A stretch of 64,000 bases of DNA from Sphyrna mokarran. Taxonomy: Eukaryota. This document shows positions 59,351 to 64,000 of this stretch, piece after piece. The position numbers and the translations under genes are program-made. How positions within the stretch are numbered: the stretch's first letter is position 1; every line of letters begins with the position of its first letter. The notes beneath the pieces are model-generated. The model saw only the letters and a program-made list of their open reading frames with translations, did not search any database and was not told where the DNA came from. The stretch lies in assembly GCA_024679065.1 (NCBI GenBank), contig JAGIQG010000014.1, positions 28,148,001 to 28,212,000 of the forward strand. Reading direction: 5' to 3'.

Positions 59351-62300
59351 TATCTGCTGCATTTTTCTTTTGTAAGACAATAATAGAGATTAGATTTTTA
59401 AAATGACCTCTCCCATTAACAGATGAAGGACAAGCCACAATACAGAGCTATGTCTTCGGAATGTGGCTTACCATTGCATGGTCTACAAAATTGGGTGCCT
59501 TCTGTTGCTAATATTCCAGTAGGTTTCTTTAAGCCAGTGCTATGCGAATGGATTAGTGATGTTAAAAACCTACACTGTCAAAAAATGAATGTTTACTGTT
59601 GTGTTGTGAACACAAGGTAATAGGAGCAGAATCAATAGTGACGTTCAAAAAGGAACCGGACAAACACTTGCTGGGTAGAAAATTGCAACATCATGAGGGA
59701 AAGAGCAGCAAAGTGAAATAACTCCCTCAATAGAGGTACAATGACTGGTAGGTCTTCTGTGTGCTGGAAGATTCTACAGTGTACACATTTAGATGTAGTC
59801 ACAGTAAAATCCAAGAGCCCAGTACAACATTGGGGTTTATTACATATTCCTAAATAAACATGTCTTGAGAGTCACTTATTATAGATGTCCTTGTTTCATG
59901 TATTAACTCACTTTCACTGAAAACTTTCTTTTTAAACTTCAGGCAGGGAATATTTTCTATTAATCATTGGGAAGACCAAAAACAAAAAAAAGTATTTTAC
60001 TCAAAAAAAACTTATAAATTGCCGAAGATTGTATCATTGTCAGGTGCTGAAACTATTACCATGGGATCCACTGAGTTGCTGTGATAGGGTATAATTATAA
60101 TCTTTCCCAAAACTAAAATAAATTAGGCTAATAAGAAACATTCTCAAACAAGATTCATGTCTAGCCTGTTACGTTACATATCCTTATGAGCTGCCATTGG
60201 AGACTTCAATTTGAAATGCACACGCTATGCTGGTTACATTGAAATGAGCCAGTGATAAAAAAAGACTACGGCTGGAATGGGAAAAATAACAATGTACAGT
60301 GTAGTGGAATTTCCATTATTTTCACTCCTGTCATCCTACGTTAATGATTGAGTAAGACCTGGACCAATACTAAACATGGTTGGTCATGGAGGATTGCAAA
60401 TTAGAATTCAGTTCAGAGAGAAATATGGAATTTTGCTTTTTTAAAAACTGATACAGACAAAAGTGACCATAAACAGATCGTTATGCAAATCCAACTGGCT
60501 GACTGATGTCTTTTAAGAAAACAAATTGTGCCATTTTTATCCAGTATGGCTTTATGCACCTCCAATCCACCAATGTGGTAAACTCTTAAATGCAATCTGA
60601 AACAGCCTAGCAAGTCATCCAGCTGAAAGTCATGTTGAACAAAGTTTTATGTCATATTGATCCAGGTCTCTGTTCTTTGCCTTTAAGTTTCTGTTGGTAT
60701 TTACACTGTATTTGAGTTCAATTTCATACCTTAGGCTTTTTTCTGTACTGTAAATGCAAGGTCAAAAATTGAAGCCCATTAATAGCTTGACTAAATTCCC
60801 ATCAATTAATGGGATCTTCTCTGCTATGAGAGCAACGAAGTTCCACTTCCGTACAGAGCAGACTCACTGGGAAAAAAACTTTAAAATCACAGACACTGAA
60901 AACAAAGGCTGTGTGACATAATCACAAAATAAAACGTATGGCCATTTCATTAAACTGGTTTGCTTTCTAATCGAGATTAGAATAGAAAGGAACGTGCTCC
61001 AGATACAAGTGAGAAGTAGTGAAAACTATACCGAACATTTGGCACATAATCACTGTACAACTGATGGGATGACAATAGCAGCCAATTTGCAGAAGGAAAT
61101 ACAATCAGAGTATATATAATACTGCCTGCATTACTTCCTAATAATCAGCTGGTTATTACGAACTTTTCCAACAATTATTGTACTTCACAATCATTAGCCA
61201 CTCAGTCTGAAATCACCATACATTAATATAGAAGGCACCAGTCATTGACTATTGCACCTCTCAGCAAAAAGACCCAACATTAAGTTAACACTCTTATAAA
61301 TTTCACTTATGTAATAAAATAGATACCTTCGAGGACCTTCAAGCAATGATCCAAGAGAATTCCTTACACAATGAGCAATAAATTCAGTCAAACTCTGCTG
61401 TGGTGGTTTATTGGACCACTTGGCTAGATACAACTTATCCAGCAATCATAATTTTCAAAAAAAAAATACATATGCAAATGCAGGGTAACCAAGTATAGTT
61501 TCCCCTGCTTCCCATTAAGGATGTATGATAGTATGCACCTGTTGTTGGTGCGGGCTTAAGGCGTTTTAGAAATTGAAGTACTTCTAGTGATTTCACATAC
61601 AGGTAGAATTCTACCCTCTCCCATATAAAATACATACATTTCCTGAATAAAATTAACAACTACTTTAAAAAAATAAATAAAAGCCACTTTTGGTGTGTAC
61701 ATGAACACATACCAGGGCCACCCTGGAGAGAAGGGGGTCGTACTTTAGTTATGATTATTTTTGCCAGAAATTGGCAAGTTTGAGCAATATTATATGTTTT
61801 ATATACAGAGCGTTCCCTAAATAAAATGTGTTAGAACAGATTTGTATCATAAAGCAAGGACTCTTGCATTGCTTTAACCCTCTGGTTGAATTACTCCTCA
61901 CCTCCAGATACTGTTGCACATAATTTATTTATTCAACCCGTGAAACTCAGTGCTTATCTTTCTATAATCATTAGCCAGTACTGAGAGTCCAGTAAGTCCA
62001 AGAAAGGCTTATAATGTGTATAAGCTCACGAGTATTTGAGTAATTTAAATGGAGTAAGGAGTAATTCAAGATTAGATTAACAAAACAGAACAATGTTTTG
62101 CTGATGAGGCAACAGAAGAAAGTATTTAAAAAGAAGCACTGTTATGCTGAGAAATAATGCTGTGGCTTAATGCCCAATGACATTGGACCCAATTAAAAAA
62201 AATCTGTTACGATTTTTTCACTATTCAAGTAGAAAGAATACTTTAGTAATACAAACAGCCTGTAGTGTGGCTCAATTTTGTCACAGATTTTCACAAGGTT

Positions 62301-62392
62301 TTACTACCCTGGATGAACCTTTCCATTTCAAATTCATCATGCAGATGTTTGTATTTCTTCAGAAATCACCAGGATACAGAAAGCTATGACTT

Positions 62393-62443
62393 CTAAGTGG
62401 AATTCAGAAGTCCAAGCAAGGCACCCACTGCTCCAAAGTAACC
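62393..62443 (-). CDS. PANK3: Pantothenate kinase 3, last coding exon (GYFGAVGALLGLLNST*)
   Basis: Acceptor ttcttcctttttaaactacag|GGT, phase 0, TAG at 62393-62395; matches the PANK3 C-terminus GYFGAVGALLGLPNFS. Confidence 0.93.
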   Translation of the reverse strand, partial: GYFGAVGALLGLLNST

Positions 62444-62889
62444 CTGTAGTTTAAAAAGGAAGAATAATGAGTGAAAAGCAGTAGAATTTCCATATGATTA
62501 AGTTTCTTCTTATTTCGTGCAGCATTTTTACATTAAAATACAACACCCCATAATCTCCCAAACAAAACTGTGCTTCTGATAAGCAATCTTTTGCTCCCAT
62601 CATTTCTTGTTCTTAATATCCAAAGATGTGCACGTTAGGTGGATTGGCCTTGCTAAATTGCCCCTAAGTGTCCAAAGATGTCTCTCAACACATTTTGTTT
62701 ATTACAAAGATGGGGCTTTGTCCGCTGTCTTACAGGCCTCCTACATTCATCACTGACATGTATTCGTCCTTTTGCCGATGAATTTTGCCAAATTCATTGT
62801 TCAGGTCACAAATTTTTTTTGTACTCTTAATCCTCTGCCTGCTCATCTCACAGTGGTTAACTCGCAATATATTGCTCTCCTTCAGATTA

Positions 62890-63235
62890 TTGTTTAATAT
62901 TTTAAAAAAATTGATTGGATAGACTTAATGCAGAGAAGCTCTGTGTTGGATAGGTGAATCCACAAAGAGGGAACAACCTACGAGTCAGCTAAGCCACTGG
63001 GAAAATCAGGGAACATTTTTTCACAAGGATAGTGGAAATCTGGAATTCTTTCCCCTAAAACTATGCTGGGTCACCTGGAATTGTTAAGACTCAGATGATC
63101 TTATTTTTATTAAGTATGGTCAAGGGAAATGGATCAAAGGCAGGGCAATAGAGTTAAGGGTCAGATCACCCACAACTGTTTGAATGGCTTAAAGGACTTT
63201 ACCTAAAGGTTGATGGGCCTACTGGTTTTCTTTCT
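62890..63235 (+). mobile_element. Degraded CR1 3' fragment in the last PANK3 intron
   Basis: FFTxRxV..WNSLP-type remnant and a CR1 tail. Confidence 0.6.
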
Positions 63236-63896
63236 CTGTAAGTGGGGCATAAAGACCAAGGGTAGTGTCCCTGTTGCATACGAGGCACATCAAATCTTGT
63301 ACCTAATTGATCTGTTCTAAATAGTCTTCTCATCCCTGAATGTTCCTATTTTGTTCAGTTTGGTTTATGATGTAAATGTGATTGCCTGCTCCACTCTCCC
63401 CCTACCTTGAGCTTACTCCAAGACCTGGACTCAGTTTTGCCTAAAACAGATCACATGTACTCCAAAAATGCAATAATGATTCACCTGTTTTTACACCACT
63501 ACCTCATCATTTATCACAGCAAATCACAGAATTAAATTGCCTGACGTCTAATCATAACAATAATACACCCCTTCTATCATAGCAGGTCCATGTGAAGATC
63601 AAGCAGCATGATCTATTTTACATCAACTGAATTATTCCACGAATATGGTAGCAGGTTGCACTGGGAGAGATTTTGTTTTGCGTTCACTTCATAAACCAAG
63701 AACAAATTATTACTTTTACTACTGAGTGGACAGTGAATGGTTGCAACTGTTTCATGTTAGGTAACTCATTGACAAAGGGGCAACTGCTTGGCTTTTTTGG
63801 AAATTCACAATTTACACTTCATCAAATAAACAAGCAGGATCAAATCATTTTAGATGAATACCTTCAGATACACAGAACAACTGGTAAAGCACACAC

Positions 63897-64000
63897 CTCA
63901 TGTTCTAGGAACAATGCCTTCAACTGACCCCTTGACCAGTAATCCAGTGCATAGGCCAGGAGTTTCATCGACAGTGTATTGACACGTAGGAAGTTGCCAA
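63897..64000 (-). CDS. PANK3: Pantothenate kinase 3, penultimate coding exon (truncated by the window edge)
   Basis: Reverse strand reads [34 protein letters not shown]|gtgtgt. From recall of the human paralogues, RVNTLSMK is PANK3-type (PANK1 RINMVSMK, PANK2 RINTIAMR). Confidence 0.93.

Larger units (their letters stand above)
53060..62392 (-). other. PANK3: Candidate long 3'UTR of PANK3
   Basis: AU-rich and repeat-poor relative to the rest of the window; runs from the stop codon to a well-formed distal poly(A) site. The extent is inferred. Confidence 0.55.

Noticed and set aside
52900-64000. Initial expectation that the convergent neighbour is SGCD, from human synteny
   Set aside because: The reverse-strand exons translate clearly as pantothenate kinase, and no SGCD C-terminal exon was found.

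Overview
Repeat-rich vertebrate genomic DNA, most likely from a shark or ray (inferred from HE1/V-SINE-type SINEs, elasmobranch-style CR1, Rex/Babar, Penelope and Harbinger repeats). Two convergent host genes can be reconstructed by hand. (1) A complete TIM-family (HAVCR/TIMD) receptor on the + strand: six phase-compatible exons from 10577 to 39885, about 220 aa, with signal peptide, six-Cys IgV, short mucin stalk, TM helix and an AVEENVY tail, plus possible 14-nt and 4-nt micro-exons. (2) The last two coding exons of PANK3 on the - strand (63897-64000, 62393-62443), missed by the ORF track, with a candidate ~9.3 kb 3'UTR. Most other ORFs are transposon-derived or spurious. The most unusual element is a CR1 LINE subfamily (one full-length copy, two 5'-truncated copies and a tail). 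Its ~0.52 kb 3'UTR has a strong splice acceptor, a ~120-nt nested stem/three-way-junction fold, and a captured V-SINE whose Pol III boxes are destroyed but whose hairpin is kept; its ORF1 esterase lacks the catalytic Ser. An inverted Penelope-like element (~890-bp arms, 11-bp TSD) and a 142-bp Penelope mini-element carry minimal hammerhead ribozyme motifs. Repeat boundaries are approximate unless a TSD is given, and all structures were read by eye.
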